Notes: generated by a model from the letters alone, not told the origin. 64,000 bases of DNA from Desulfatiglandales bacterium (GCA_041685835.1 JAWLEX010000001.1:11374-75373), one strand, 5' to 3'. Shown: positions 1 through 9,034, counted from the stretch's first letter. A program made the numbers and translations.

Positions 1-1116
1 GTGCGCTGGTTTGAGGGGCGCGATCGAACCACATGGGTGGAGCCGGTAGAGAGCAACCCGGACGGTTGGGACGACGGGATACCTTCGCAGCGTGACACGA
101 AGTTCCGCGGGGCCCAGGCCCAGATTTCACTGGACCAGGACATCTACGTGGTGACGGCGGGTGCCGACTGGGTCGATTACAGGATAGACAACACATGGCT
201 TCCCCACAGGACCCGCTATGAAAACCCCTCCGGGTTCCTCCTGGGAAAGGTACGCCTCCTGGACAGGCGTCTGATCTTGAGCGGGGGGCTTCGCTATGAC
301 GACTACAAGGTGGAGGTAGTGGATCCGGCGGGCAGGACGGAGACCGACGACCGGGTTACCCCGCGATTCGGGGCCGCGTTCATGCTCGCGGAAGGACTCA
401 AGCTGCGCGCGAATTACGGGGAGGCCTTTGTCATGCCCGGGGCGGATCAACTGGCTGCCGACTACATGGCCTTCGGCAGGCGGCGGCTTGGGAACCCCGA
501 CCTGAAACCGGAGACCAGCCGTACCCTGGACTTCGGTATCGACTATGTCAGGGGGGCCATGGAGGCGTCGTTTACCTACTTCATGACCCGGTACAAGGAC
601 AAGATTCAGGCGACGTCAACGGCCGGAGGCGACAACACATGGGCGAACCTGGGAGAGGCCTCGCTGGAAGGCCTGGAGGCCGGGTTCAGCTACGACGTGG
701 GTGCGCTGTTCAATTGGACATGGGAGGTGCGGCCCGAGGTGCAGGCTGCATACCTGACAAAGTACCGGGACGACCTCACCGGAGAAGATCTTCTACAGGT
801 GTCCGACATCAATGTGTCAATGGGACTGATTGTGTCCTATCAGGATGATTTCTGGGCAAGGGTTCAGGCGTCCTACTGGGGGCCTCAACGCGTGGAGGAC
901 TTTGAGAGCGGGCGGTTCCCGGTGCCCGTGGTGGATAAGGGGGGATTCACAGTGGTGAACCTGGCCGCCGGGAAGGCAATTGTTCGAACAGAGAGGGCGG
1001 GGACGGTGAGTGCGCGCATCGAGGTGAAGAACCTGCTTGACCATTCCTATGATCACGTAAAGGGCTACCCCATGCCCGGAAGGCGTATTTTCGGGGGGTT
1101 GGAGTGGCGGTTCTGA
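1..1116 (+). CDS. TonB-dependent outer-membrane receptor, C-terminal part (5' end lies outside the window)
   Basis: The ORF is open at the window start. It has beta-barrel-type sequence ending ...GYPMPGRRIFGGLEWRF, with the terminal aromatic Phe typical of TonB-dependent receptors. ABC, ExbBD and TonB uptake genes follow it. Confidence 0.8.
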   Translation: MRWFEGRDRTTWVEPVESNPDGWDDGIPSQRDTKFRGAQAQISLDQDIYVVTAGADWVDYRIDNTWLPHRTRYENPSGFLLGKVRLLDRRLILSGGLRYDDYKVEVVDPAGRTETDDRVTPRFGAAFMLAEGLKLRANYGEAFVMPGADQLAADYMAFGRRRLGNPDLKPETSRTLDFGIDYVRGAMEASFTYFMTRYKDKIQATSTAGGDNTWANLGEASLEGLEAGFSYDVGALFNWTWEVRPEVQAAYLTKYRDDLTGEDLLQVSDINVSMGLIVSYQDDFWARVQASYWGPQRVEDFESGRFPVPVVDKGGFTVVNLAAGKAIVRTERAGTVSARIEVKNLLDHSYDHVKGYPMPGRRIFGGLEWRF

Positions 1117-1251
1117 AGGGCTACAAACCTCCGGTTCAGCGACGCATCTCCAATGGCCCGGGATTTAATTGCGCCTGTGGGAAGTTGAGCGATAGGATAT
1201 CAAGTGCCGAAAGCGGCGTCTGTCATTGGTTGGTTGAAAGCGGAGGGGAAC

Positions 1252-2043
1252 ATGAAAGAGAGCATTCCCATCGTGATCTCGGCCTTCGGGACCACCACAA
1301 AGGCCTTGAAGACCTATGATCGCGTGGATGCGTTTGTCCGGAAACGGTTTCCGGGTCACGAGATCCGCTGGGCCTACACATCGCGCATTGTCAAGGACCG
1401 GGTGAAGCAAAGCCGGAACCTGCATTTCCCCGGCCCGGGCGAAGTGCTTTCGGCCCTGCACGATGAGGGGCACACCTGGGCGGTGGTCCAGTCCCTGCAC
1501 GTCCTGTGCGGGCACGAGTTCGACCGGCTGGTGGAGGTCGCAGCGGCAGGCCCGATTCGGACGGCCATGGGCCTTCCCCTGCTCTCGGCGCCGGAGGATT
1601 TCGACGAGGTTGTCGCTGTTATGGCTCCGGAACTGCGGCCGGGCGAGGACGGGGCCGTGGTCCTGGTGGGTCACGGCACGGACCACCCCATGTGGTGCGC
1701 CTACGATGCGCTCGAACAACGGTTCCAACGGGCGGTGGGACCTCAGGCATACGTGGGCCTGGTTGAAGGCTCGCCCGGACCAGGTGTGATCCTTGGCCGG
1801 GTGCAGGCGGCCGGCTGCTCCCGGGTACGTCTTGTCCCGTTCATGCTGGTGGCCGGGAGGCACGTGCTCGAGGACCTGGCGGGCCCGGAGGACTCATGGA
1901 AGGCCGCATTCGAGGCCCTTGGTATTGAGGTCTCCCTGGACGAGCAAGGGCTGGGGGTCCGGGACGGGATCATTGAGATCTTTTGCCGTCATATAGCTCA
2001 GGTACTTGACGTGATTCCCCCGGACCGGGAGGTGAAGCGGTGA
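1252..2043 (+). CDS. cbiK: Sirohydrochlorin cobaltochelatase (CbiK-type class II chelatase)
   Basis: Motifs MKESIPIVISAFGTT... and VVLVGHGTDHP, with two-lobed CbiK-like length (263 aa). GGAGG lies 5 nt upstream of ATG 1252; the ORF track starts at GTG 1204. No signal peptide is visible. Confidence 0.75.
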   Translation: MKESIPIVISAFGTTTKALKTYDRVDAFVRKRFPGHEIRWAYTSRIVKDRVKQSRNLHFPGPGEVLSALHDEGHTWAVVQSLHVLCGHEFDRLVEVAAAGPIRTAMGLPLLSAPEDFDEVVAVMAPELRPGEDGAVVLVGHGTDHPMWCAYDALEQRFQRAVGPQAYVGLVEGSPGPGVILGRVQAAGCSRVRLVPFMLVAGRHVLEDLAGPEDSWKAAFEALGIEVSLDEQGLGVRDGIIEIFCRHIAQVLDVIPPDREVKR

Positions 2044-2936
2044 ACCAAAGGGGCCCTGTGTGCATGGTTATCCTGCTTGCGGCCTGTCTCCTCATTTCCG
2101 GGCCTGCGGCTGCGGGTGTTTTTTTGGATGAGGCGGGACGAAGGGTCAAGGTCCCGAAGGAACCTAGGCGTATCGTATCGCTGGCCCCGAGCGTCACGGA
2201 GATCCTGTTCGCCCTGGGTCTTGAAGACAGGGTGGTCGGGGTCACCGAGTTCAGCAACTATCCGCCCGAGGCCGCGGCAAAACCGAAAGTCGGGAGCTTT
2301 GTCCGGCTGAATGCGGAGCGCATCCTCGACCTGGAACCGGACCTGGCCGTGGGGACCGTGGAGGGAAACCGCATTGATCTGGTCCGGCTTCTCGAGGACG
2401 CGGGAGTGGCGGTCTATGCCGTGAACCCGCAAAGCGTGGAAGGCATGATCCGCACCGTGGCCGGGCTGGGGGCCGCGTGCGGCGTCGAGGAGCGTGGAGA
2501 CTCCCTGGCACGGGATCTTCGAGCAAGACTCGCCCGCGTTGCCGAGCGGACCAGGGCGTCGGAGCGGCCCCGGGTGTTTTTGCAGATCAACACCCGCCCC
2601 ATCATGAGCGTGAACAGGGACACCCTGCACCATGACGTGATTCGCCTGGCCGGAGGCGAGAACCTCACGGCGGATCATGCGGTCACATACCCCCGGGTCA
2701 GCCTTGAGGAGGTGCTGGGCAAGGGACCTGATGTGATCCTGATTTCGTCCATGGAGCGCGGAGGGGCCTTTGAGGAGGCACGTCAGGCCTGGTTTAAGTG
2801 GAATACCATCCCGGCCGTCAGGACCGGGCGCGTTCACCTGATCGACTCGGACTTGATAGACCGGCCTTCGCCGCGGGTGATAGAGGGCCTCGAGGCCATG
2901 GCCGATCTCCTGCATCCGGAGGACGGTCTGCCATGA
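2040..2936 (+). CDS. ABC transporter periplasmic substrate-binding protein (BtuF/FhuD/HmuT-type, corrinoid or Fe-chelate)
   Basis: Signal-like N-terminus VCMVILLAACLLISGPAAAG. The motif IVSLAPSVTEILFALGLEDRVVGVTEFSNYP is typical of this binding-protein class. The GTG start overlaps the cbiK stop; ATG 2064 is an alternative start. Confidence 0.8.
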   Translation: MNQRGPVCMVILLAACLLISGPAAAGVFLDEAGRRVKVPKEPRRIVSLAPSVTEILFALGLEDRVVGVTEFSNYPPEAAAKPKVGSFVRLNAERILDLEPDLAVGTVEGNRIDLVRLLEDAGVAVYAVNPQSVEGMIRTVAGLGAACGVEERGDSLARDLRARLARVAERTRASERPRVFLQINTRPIMSVNRDTLHHDVIRLAGGENLTADHAVTYPRVSLEEVLGKGPDVILISSMERGGAFEEARQAWFKWNTIPAVRTGRVHLIDSDLIDRPSPRVIEGLEAMADLLHPEDGLP

Positions 2937-2950
2937 GTGGGACGCCCGGA

Positions 2951-3024
2951 GTACCCAAAACCCGGGTGCTGCGGTTCTTTTCCACGAACCACGAGCTACG
3001 GACACAATCTTTTCACTGCCACCG
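2951..3024 (+). repeat. Left copy of a 74-bp inverted repeat (partner 6904-6977)
   Basis: Manual gap-free alignment to the reverse complement of 6904-6977 gives 67/74 identical. The core is TACCCAAAACCCGGGKGCTGCGGTTCTTTYCCACGAACCACGAGCYACGRACAC. Confidence 0.85.
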
Positions 3025-3027
3025 GCG

Positions 3028-3076
3028 CAGACACGAATCACAGACACGAATCACAGACACGAATCACAGACACGGC
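3028..3076 (+). repeat. Tandem 13-bp repeat CAGACACGAATCA, three perfect units plus a partial fourth
   Basis: Perfect units at 3028-3040, 3041-3053 and 3054-3066, then CAGACACGGC. It lies between the binding-protein and permease genes. Confidence 0.9.
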
Positions 3077-3121
3077 TCACGACGCCTTTTAACGCCCGGG
3101 TAGTGGCTGTGCCTGGAAAGA

Positions 3122-4165
3122 ATGGAACAGATTAAAATGAGCGAAAAGGTGCGGATAGTCACGCCGGGCAGGGTGATCGCGGTGACCGCGGCCATGATTG
3201 TACTCCTGGGAGTCGTCATGTCCGGGGCCATGGTCCTGGGCACGGCGGATCTCTCCCCTGGTGAGATCCTGGTTCGCCTGATGAATCCGTCCGGAGAATC
3301 GGATTCGGCGGGGCTCATCCTGTTTCGCATCCGGCTGCCGCGGATCCTTCTTGCTGCGGTTGTAGGGTTCTCTTTGTCCCTGGGGGGCGTGGTGTTTCAG
3401 GCGATCCTTCGAAATCCCCTGGCCGATCCTTTTATCCTCGGGGTGTCGAGCGGCGCCGCTCTTGGGGCGGTGCTCGGGATAATACTCGGGCTGGGTTTCA
3501 GCCTGGGTATTCCCGTGGCGGCCTTTACGGGAACGCTTCTCACGCTGGTGCTCCTCTTGGCTCTGGGTCGCCGCCGCATGGGTACGGAGTCGGCCACGAT
3601 CCTGCTCACCGGCGTGATCATCAACGCCTTTTTCACGGCCCTGATCATGTTCTTTATCACGACCACCACGGACAGCCGGCTTCACAGCATGCTGTTCTGG
3701 CTCTACGGCGACCTGGGCCAGACCCGGTACGCACACCTGGCCGTCTGTGCGCCCATTGTGGCCGTGGGAGGTGCAGTCCTGTTTGCCTTTTCCCGTGACC
3801 TGAACCTGCTCACGGCCGGCGAGGAAACGGCCCGCCAGCTCGGCGTTAGAGTGGAGCGCACCAAGATCGTCTGCCTGGTCACGGTCTCCCTGCTGGTGGG
3901 TCTCGTGGTCTCCTTTTCAGGGCTTATCGGTTTTGTGGGGCTCATCGTCCCGCACCTGGCCCGTATGACCTTCGGGGCGGACCATCGCGTGCTGATTCCG
4001 ACCGCCGCCGTGGGCGGGGCCGCGTTTCTGGTGGCGGCGGACACCCTGGCCCGGACCGTGATCTCTCCCGGCGAGCTTCCGGTGGGTGTAATCACCGCCT
4101 TCCTGGGCGCCCCGTTTTTCCTCTACCTGCTCAAGACGAGAGGAAGTCGATGGACGCGATCCTGA
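3122..4165 (+). CDS. FecCD-family ABC permease (BtuC/FhuB-like)
   Basis: Polytopic hydrophobic protein with LRNPLADPFILGVSSGAALGAV and GVITAFLGAPFFLYLL, typical of FecCD permeases. Confidence 0.85.
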   Translation: MEQIKMSEKVRIVTPGRVIAVTAAMIVLLGVVMSGAMVLGTADLSPGEILVRLMNPSGESDSAGLILFRIRLPRILLAAVVGFSLSLGGVVFQAILRNPLADPFILGVSSGAALGAVLGIILGLGFSLGIPVAAFTGTLLTLVLLLALGRRRMGTESATILLTGVIINAFFTALIMFFITTTTDSRLHSMLFWLYGDLGQTRYAHLAVCAPIVAVGGAVLFAFSRDLNLLTAGEETARQLGVRVERTKIVCLVTVSLLVGLVVSFSGLIGFVGLIVPHLARMTFGADHRVLIPTAAVGGAAFLVAADTLARTVISPGELPVGVITAFLGAPFFLYLLKTRGSRWTRS

Positions 4166-4929
4166 GCGTGGAACAGGCTGGATACCGGTATGGGGACGCG
4201 TGGGCCCTTAAGGACGTGAGCTTGAAGGCCTTCAGCGGGGAAATGTTGGGCGTGCTGGGACCCAATGGTTCGGGAAAGAGCACTCTTCTTCGCATAATGG
4301 ACGGGCTTCTGGAGCCTCACGAGGGCTGCGTTCGCCTTGACGGGCGCCTGATTCGGGATCTCTCTCGGACCGAGGTGGCGCGCACCGTGGCCATGGTCTC
4401 CCAGGAGAGCCACTTCCAATTCTCGTTTTCCGTGATGGAGGTCGTCCTCATGGGGCGCTTTCCCCGCATGGGGCGTCTTCAGTTCGAGGAGGAGAGGGAT
4501 TGGATTGCGGCCCGAAAGGCCCTTCAGGCCACAAACGCCCTGGACCTTGCGGACCGGGACATCCACGCGCTTTCGGGAGGAGAAAGGCAGCGTGTGGTGA
4601 TCGCCCGGGCCCTGGCCCAGGAGCCTTCGGTGCTGCTCCTGGACGAACCCACGTCGTTTTTGGATCTCAGGCACAAGCGGGAGATCTTTCAATTGGCCGC
4701 CTCCCTGGCCGGGGACGCGGGACTGGGTGTGGTGGTGGTCTCCCACGACCTGGATCAGGCATCGCAGTATTGCGATCGCCTGATCGTGCTGAAGCAGGGT
4801 CTCGTGGTCGCGGAGGGGCCGCCCCGGGACGTGCTCACGCCCGAGACGATTGAAGCCGTGTTCGATTGTCCGGTGCGTGTGGACGCGCACCCGGACACCG
4901 GCAGGCCCAGGGTGACTATGGTGCCGTGA
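4150..4929 (+). CDS. ABC transporter ATP-binding protein (BtuD/FepC-like)
   Basis: Walker A GPNGSGKSTLL, ABC signature LSGGERQRV, Walker B LLLDEP. It overlaps the permease gene by 16 nt. Confidence 0.9.
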   Translation: MDAILSVEQAGYRYGDAWALKDVSLKAFSGEMLGVLGPNGSGKSTLLRIMDGLLEPHEGCVRLDGRLIRDLSRTEVARTVAMVSQESHFQFSFSVMEVVLMGRFPRMGRLQFEEERDWIAARKALQATNALDLADRDIHALSGGERQRVVIARALAQEPSVLLLDEPTSFLDLRHKREIFQLAASLAGDAGLGVVVVSHDLDQASQYCDRLIVLKQGLVVAEGPPRDVLTPETIEAVFDCPVRVDAHPDTGRPRVTMVP

Positions 4930-5060
4930 GGGCCGCTTTGTTAACGGTGTAAGTGTCTGTGTCAGTGAGAAAGGAAAAGCACTGATATTCAGCTTAAGGA
5001 TCGATTAAGGGAAAGACGCTTTAGTGTCAACATAGCTTTTTAAAAGGATTTCATAAGACC

Positions 5061-5693
5061 ATGATGGAGATCTTTATGAGAGGGGGGCCGGTTATGATCC
5101 CCCTGGTTGGCTGCTCGCTCATCGCCCTTACCGTGATCATCGAGCGGGCCTTCTTCTGGGCCCTGGAGGACATGCGCCGGGACGCAGGTCTGGTGGACCG
5201 GGTCCTGGAGTTATGCCGGAATGGGGACTGGAATGCGGTGCGCCGCGCCGTGGCGGGATCAAAAGACTATGTGGTGCGTATCCTGGTGAGCGGAATCCTG
5301 CACCGTGAATTTTCCATGGGCAAGGCCATGGAAACCGCGGCTGCGGACGAGGTCCAGCGAATGCGGCGGTACCTGAACGTCCTGGACACCATGATCACAG
5401 TAGCGCCGCTCCTGGGGATCTTCGGTACGGTCCTCGGAATCATCCACTCCTTTGACCTGCTCGGGCAGGCGGGCATCGAAGACCCACGCGCGGTGACGGC
5501 CGGGATCGCCCAGGCCCTCATCACAACGGCCTCGGGCCTGGGTATCGCCATCCTGTCGGTCTTCCCCTACAACTACTTCAATGCGCGGGCCGAAAATGCG
5601 GCCATGCTCATCGAAAAGTACGCTACTAGCCTGGAGATCGTCTACGAAAAGCTGAGCCAGGGGTCCGCAGGCCTTAAGGGGGAGCCGTTATGA
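5061..5693 (+). CDS. exbB: MotA/TolQ/ExbB proton-channel protein
   Basis: Three TM segments and the motif PLLGIFGTVLGII...GIAQALITTASGLGIA. An exbD-like gene follows directly. Confidence 0.85.
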   Translation: MMEIFMRGGPVMIPLVGCSLIALTVIIERAFFWALEDMRRDAGLVDRVLELCRNGDWNAVRRAVAGSKDYVVRILVSGILHREFSMGKAMETAAADEVQRMRRYLNVLDTMITVAPLLGIFGTVLGIIHSFDLLGQAGIEDPRAVTAGIAQALITTASGLGIAILSVFPYNYFNARAENAAMLIEKYATSLEIVYEKLSQGSAGLKGEPL

Positions 5694-6100
5694 AGGTCCC
5701 CCGCATGCCCGCGCGAAGACCCAGGATCGAAATGCTTCCACTCATAGATATTGTGTTTCTCCTCCTCGTGTTCTTCATCTACGCTATGCTCTCCATGGCG
5801 CTTCACCGTGGGATGCCCGTCCGCCTGCCTGTCTCATCACACAGCGAGGTGGATCGGCAACTGGTGCTCTCGGTGACGGTGCGGGCGGAAGGCGGGGTCT
5901 TTGTGGACCGGGTTGCCGTTCCCTTGGATTCCCTGACCGATGTGCTGGAGAGGCGGGCCATGGATTCGAAAGACCCGGGCGTGCTCCTCTTTGCCGACCG
6001 TTCCGTCTCCTACCAGCAACTCTTTGCAGTGCTCGACCGGATCCGCAAGGCTGGGATCGCCCGCATCTCCCTCCAGTCGGAGGCTGAAGCCCGGAAGTGA
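5690..6100 (+). CDS. exbD: Biopolymer transport protein ExbD/TolR
   Basis: N-terminal TM segment with LIDIVFLLLVFFI. The 136-aa size fits, and the start overlaps the exbB stop. Confidence 0.85.
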   Translation: MKVPRMPARRPRIEMLPLIDIVFLLLVFFIYAMLSMALHRGMPVRLPVSSHSEVDRQLVLSVTVRAEGGVFVDRVAVPLDSLTDVLERRAMDSKDPGVLLFADRSVSYQQLFAVLDRIRKAGIARISLQSEAEARK

Positions 6101-6822
6101 GACGCCTTCTCCCAGCCGCGGGCATGGCAGTGGCCCTGCACGGCCTGTTTTTTCTGGCGGGAGATTTTCGGCCGGAGACGGCAGGGCCGTTGAATTCAAG
6201 GCACACGCGCGTGGTAACGATTCAACTCCAGGAGTTGAAACCTCCCTCAGATTCGCCGGCCCCTGAGTCTTCCGTTTCGGAACCCGAACAGCCGAATTTA
6301 AGCACCAAGAAGCCCGAGGTCGTGTTCGACTGTCCCGCACCCCGGCCTAAGGCGATACGGACGCGCACCGGGCACCCATCCCCCTTGCGCCCCCGTGCCC
6401 TGTCTTCAGGACCGGCCCCGGCTAAGAGGCCGGTGATTCGGAATGAGCAGGTGGATAGTGCCGACTCCACGCCGGGCGGCCTTTCGGACTCGGCCCCGGA
6501 GAGCCCGAAGGGTCCGCTTGACGGGAAAGCTGAAGCACCTGTTCCCCTGGTGGAGGCCGTGCCCCTTTACCGGGAAAACCCGCCGCCCCTGTACCCGGAC
6601 CTTGCACGGCGCAGGGGATACGAGGGGGTGGTGCTTCTGGAGGTCCTGGTGACCGAGGAAGGGGGTGTGAGTGAACTTCGTGTTGCCCGATCCAGCGGCC
6701 ACACCCTCCTGGACAGGGCCGCGGAGCAAGCGGTCAGGGAATGGCGCTTCGAGCCGGGACAAAGGGGGGATCGACCGGTGGCCATGAGGGTCCGCATTCC
6801 TGTGCGGTTCCGACTGCAGTAG
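6097..6822 (+). CDS. tonB: TonB-family energy transducer
   Basis: N-terminal anchor, Pro-rich linker (PSDSPAPESS...PAPRPKA) and C-terminal TonB domain YPDLARRRGYEGVVLLEVLVTEEGGV...RFEP. The GTG start overlaps the exbD stop. Confidence 0.8.
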   Translation: MRRLLPAAGMAVALHGLFFLAGDFRPETAGPLNSRHTRVVTIQLQELKPPSDSPAPESSVSEPEQPNLSTKKPEVVFDCPAPRPKAIRTRTGHPSPLRPRALSSGPAPAKRPVIRNEQVDSADSTPGGLSDSAPESPKGPLDGKAEAPVPLVEAVPLYRENPPPLYPDLARRRGYEGVVLLEVLVTEEGGVSELRVARSSGHTLLDRAAEQAVREWRFEPGQRGDRPVAMRVRIPVRFRLQ

Positions 6823-6903
6823 GAAACCGTTTCCCAGGACCCGTCACAAAAGCCGTGGTCCGTGGTTCGTGCCGGTGCCTGTGGCAGTGTCTGTGAGGCG
6901 TGT

Positions 6904-6977
6904 CGGTGTCAGTGAAAAGATCGTGTTCGTGGCTCGTGGTTCGTGGGAAAGAACCGCAGCCCCCGGGTTTTGGGTAT
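6904..6977 (-). repeat. Right copy of the 74-bp inverted repeat (partner 2951-3024)
   Basis: Its reverse complement matches 2951-3024 at 67/74 positions. It is flanked by more TTCGTG/CAGTGTCTGTG-type short-period sequence (6858-6903). Confidence 0.85.
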
Positions 6978-7004
6978 TCCCTCGGCAGCTTCAGAGCTCA
7001 AAAG

Positions 7005-7745
7005 CTATCTCTCCTGTTTTTTCCATGGCCGCACAGATCCGAACTGCTCGTCGCACCAACGTGTGCCCCGGTTCAGCCGGTCCTCGAAGAGCTTGCGATA
7101 CGACTCGAGGGTATCGGCGTTGGTTTCCGGCGGCACCAGGATGGGCTCCTCGTAAAGGATCACCACCCGGGCAAAGGGCTTGGGTACCAGATAGCGGTCC
7201 CAGGAGTTGAACTGCCAGCAGCGGTCCGCCCCCCAGAGGACAGGGATGAGAGGGACACCTGCGTTTCGTGCCATGATCACAGAGCCGATTTTGGCCACCC
7301 GGGGCGGGCCCTGGGGGCCGTCTGCAAGCATGCCGCCTATTTCCCCCTGCTGCATCCTCTGAATAATCTCTTTCAGGGCCTTTAACCCTCCCCGGCTGGA
7401 GGAGCCGCGCACATCCCGGAAACCCAGCCATCGGGCCATCCGGGCCGCGTACTCCCCGTCCCGGCTTCTGCTTATCATCGTGGTGACATGCTGCGATCCG
7501 AAGTGATGGAAGTGGTATGACATTCGCTGGTGCCAGGTGGCGTAGACCGCGCCCCCGGCCGACCTCTCGACGGCGTTCCGGGCACGTTCAAACCCCTCGA
7601 TCCTGATTACCCGGCAGGAAAGCATGAGGAGCTTGATAAGAATGGCCGCGATCGGGGGCAGCACCCGGAGGAGCACGGGGTCGTACCATCGAAGGCTGGG
7701 GGAGGTGTCACGGGGCAATTCTTTCTCCTTGATAAAAGGTCTCAC
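7005..7745 (-). CDS. DUF374 / lysophospholipid acyltransferase-like protein
   Basis: The sequence ...YATWHQRM...ISRSRDGEYAARMARWLGFRDVRGSSSRGG...GMLADGPQGPPRVAKIGSVIMARNAGVPLIP matches my recollection of the DUF374 family. Confidence 0.65.
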   Translation of the reverse strand: MRPFIKEKELPRDTSPSLRWYDPVLLRVLPPIAAILIKLLMLSCRVIRIEGFERARNAVERSAGGAVYATWHQRMSYHFHHFGSQHVTTMISRSRDGEYAARMARWLGFRDVRGSSSRGGLKALKEIIQRMQQGEIGGMLADGPQGPPRVAKIGSVIMARNAGVPLIPVLWGADRCWQFNSWDRYLVPKPFARVVILYEEPILVPPETNADTLESYRKLFEDRLNRGTRWCDEQFGSVRPWKKQER

Positions 7746-7860
7746 GGCGTGGAGGATCCCCGGCCGAAAGTCAAAGGAAGCCTACCCTACATTTGTGCGT
7801 GATGGCAAGTGCCTGGGTCTCCGCATGATAATCGGTTTTCCCGCAAAGCAGTGCCCGCAT

Positions 7861-7931
7861 TGAATTCGATTTCGATTTGGATACAAAGAATCCCAGGGTG
7901 ATGCACCGGACGCTCATCCTTCGCGCTGGTG
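7861..7931 (+). repeat. Composite repeat: short CGATTT hexamer run plus a 24-nt box GGACGCTCATCCTTCGCGCTGGTG
   Basis: The box at 7908-7931 matches 19779-19802 at 21/24 positions. Both boxes are preceded by CGATTTCGAT-type hexamers. Confidence 0.75.
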
Positions 7932-8041
7932 ATTCTAGATTATAGAAGGCTGTCTCTTGTGTGTCGCCTTCCTTTGGACTATCGTATGGAGTAGATGGAG
8001 GAGAAACCAGCAGCCGGGCGGAAGGGGGCTTTTTAGGAGGC

Positions 8042-8869
8042 ATGGAAGAGATGCGGGTGGCGGCCGTGTGCATGCGCTCGAGGCCGGGCGCGATCGAGGA
8101 GAACCTGGAGAGGATGGAGGCCCTTGCAGGCCGGGCAGCCGAAGCGGGCGCGGAGATCCTTTGCTTTCCCGAGTTTTCCGTTACCGGGTATGTGCTGAAG
8201 GATCCGCAAGGGGTCTACTCGGGATTGACTTATGACGCCGTCCTGGATCGGTTGATCCGCATGGCCCGGGAATACGGTATAGTGGTGCTTGCCGGGGTCA
8301 TCGAACCGTCCCGGGACGGGCGGCCCGCCATAGGCCAGGTCGTGGCCGGCCCGGAAGGGATCATGGGCGTTCACCGGAAGACCCACCTTTCCCCACCGGA
8401 AAAGGCGGCATTTCGACCGGGAAATCGTATGCCGGTCTTTCGTTGGAAGGAGAAGGTGTTCGGCATTCAACTCTGCTATGAGAGCCATTTCCCCGAGATC
8501 AGCACCATGATGGCCCTGAACGGCGCGGACATCCTCTTCATGCCTCATGCATCACCCAGGGGTACGCCCGAAGAGAAGCTGGAGAGCTGGCTGCGTCACC
8601 TGACCGGGCGCGCATTTGACAACGCCCTGTTCATTGTCGCCTGCAATGCAGTGGGCGAGAGCCCGGGGGGCTTTCCTTTTCCCGGAGTCATCGTCTTTCT
8701 GGGCCCTGACGGCCGGGTGGTCAAACAACACCTTGGAGAGAGTGAGCATCTCCTCCCCGCGACCCTGGATTTTTCGTTTCTGAAAGGGATCAGGCGTCAC
8801 CGGATGAAGTACTTCCTGCCTTATCGCCGCCCGGATATTTACGGCCCGTTGAGCGACTCATCCAGTTAG
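8042..8869 (+). CDS. Carbon-nitrogen hydrolase (nitrilase superfamily) protein
   Basis: Glu-Lys-Cys triad contexts: CFPEFSVTGY, HRKTHL, GIQLCYESHFPE. AGGAGG sits directly upstream of ATG 8042; the ORF track begins at 7961. Confidence 0.8.
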   Translation: MEEMRVAAVCMRSRPGAIEENLERMEALAGRAAEAGAEILCFPEFSVTGYVLKDPQGVYSGLTYDAVLDRLIRMAREYGIVVLAGVIEPSRDGRPAIGQVVAGPEGIMGVHRKTHLSPPEKAAFRPGNRMPVFRWKEKVFGIQLCYESHFPEISTMMALNGADILFMPHASPRGTPEEKLESWLRHLTGRAFDNALFIVACNAVGESPGGFPFPGVIVFLGPDGRVVKQHLGESEHLLPATLDFSFLKGIRRHRMKYFLPYRRPDIYGPLSDSSS

Positions 8870-8954
8870 CGGCTTAAAGGCGTGACAGGTGCTGTTTATG
8901 GAAAGGGAACGGTTCCGGCGTAGTCTTCCGCCAGACAGGGCTGCGTGAGGGGAG

Positions 8955-8996
8955 AACACAAAAAGCGCAAGGCCGGATTGAGGAGCCCTGCGCTTC
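8955..8996 (-). terminator. Rho-independent terminator downstream of dsrC
   Basis: The minus strand reads AAGCGCAGGG-loop-CCTTGCGCTT followed by TTTTGTGTT. This is a 10-bp stem with one G-U pair. Confidence 0.6.
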
Positions 8997-9034
8997 CTGG
9001 TTGTTGTGAATCGAGGTAGCCCGGCCGGCTCGAT

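Noticed and set aside
1117-1251. Possible cobalamin riboswitch between the TonB-dependent receptor and cbiK.
   Set aside because: The gap is only 135 nt and lacks the conserved B12-box (GCCACTG-type) and flanking helices as far as I can see. Any riboswitch would more likely precede the receptor, outside the window.
3028-3076. Tandem and hexamer repeats (3028-3076, 19603-19644, 19734-19769) considered as a CRISPR array.
   Set aside because: The units are 6-13 bp with no unique spacers and are far shorter than CRISPR repeats. No cas genes occur in the window.
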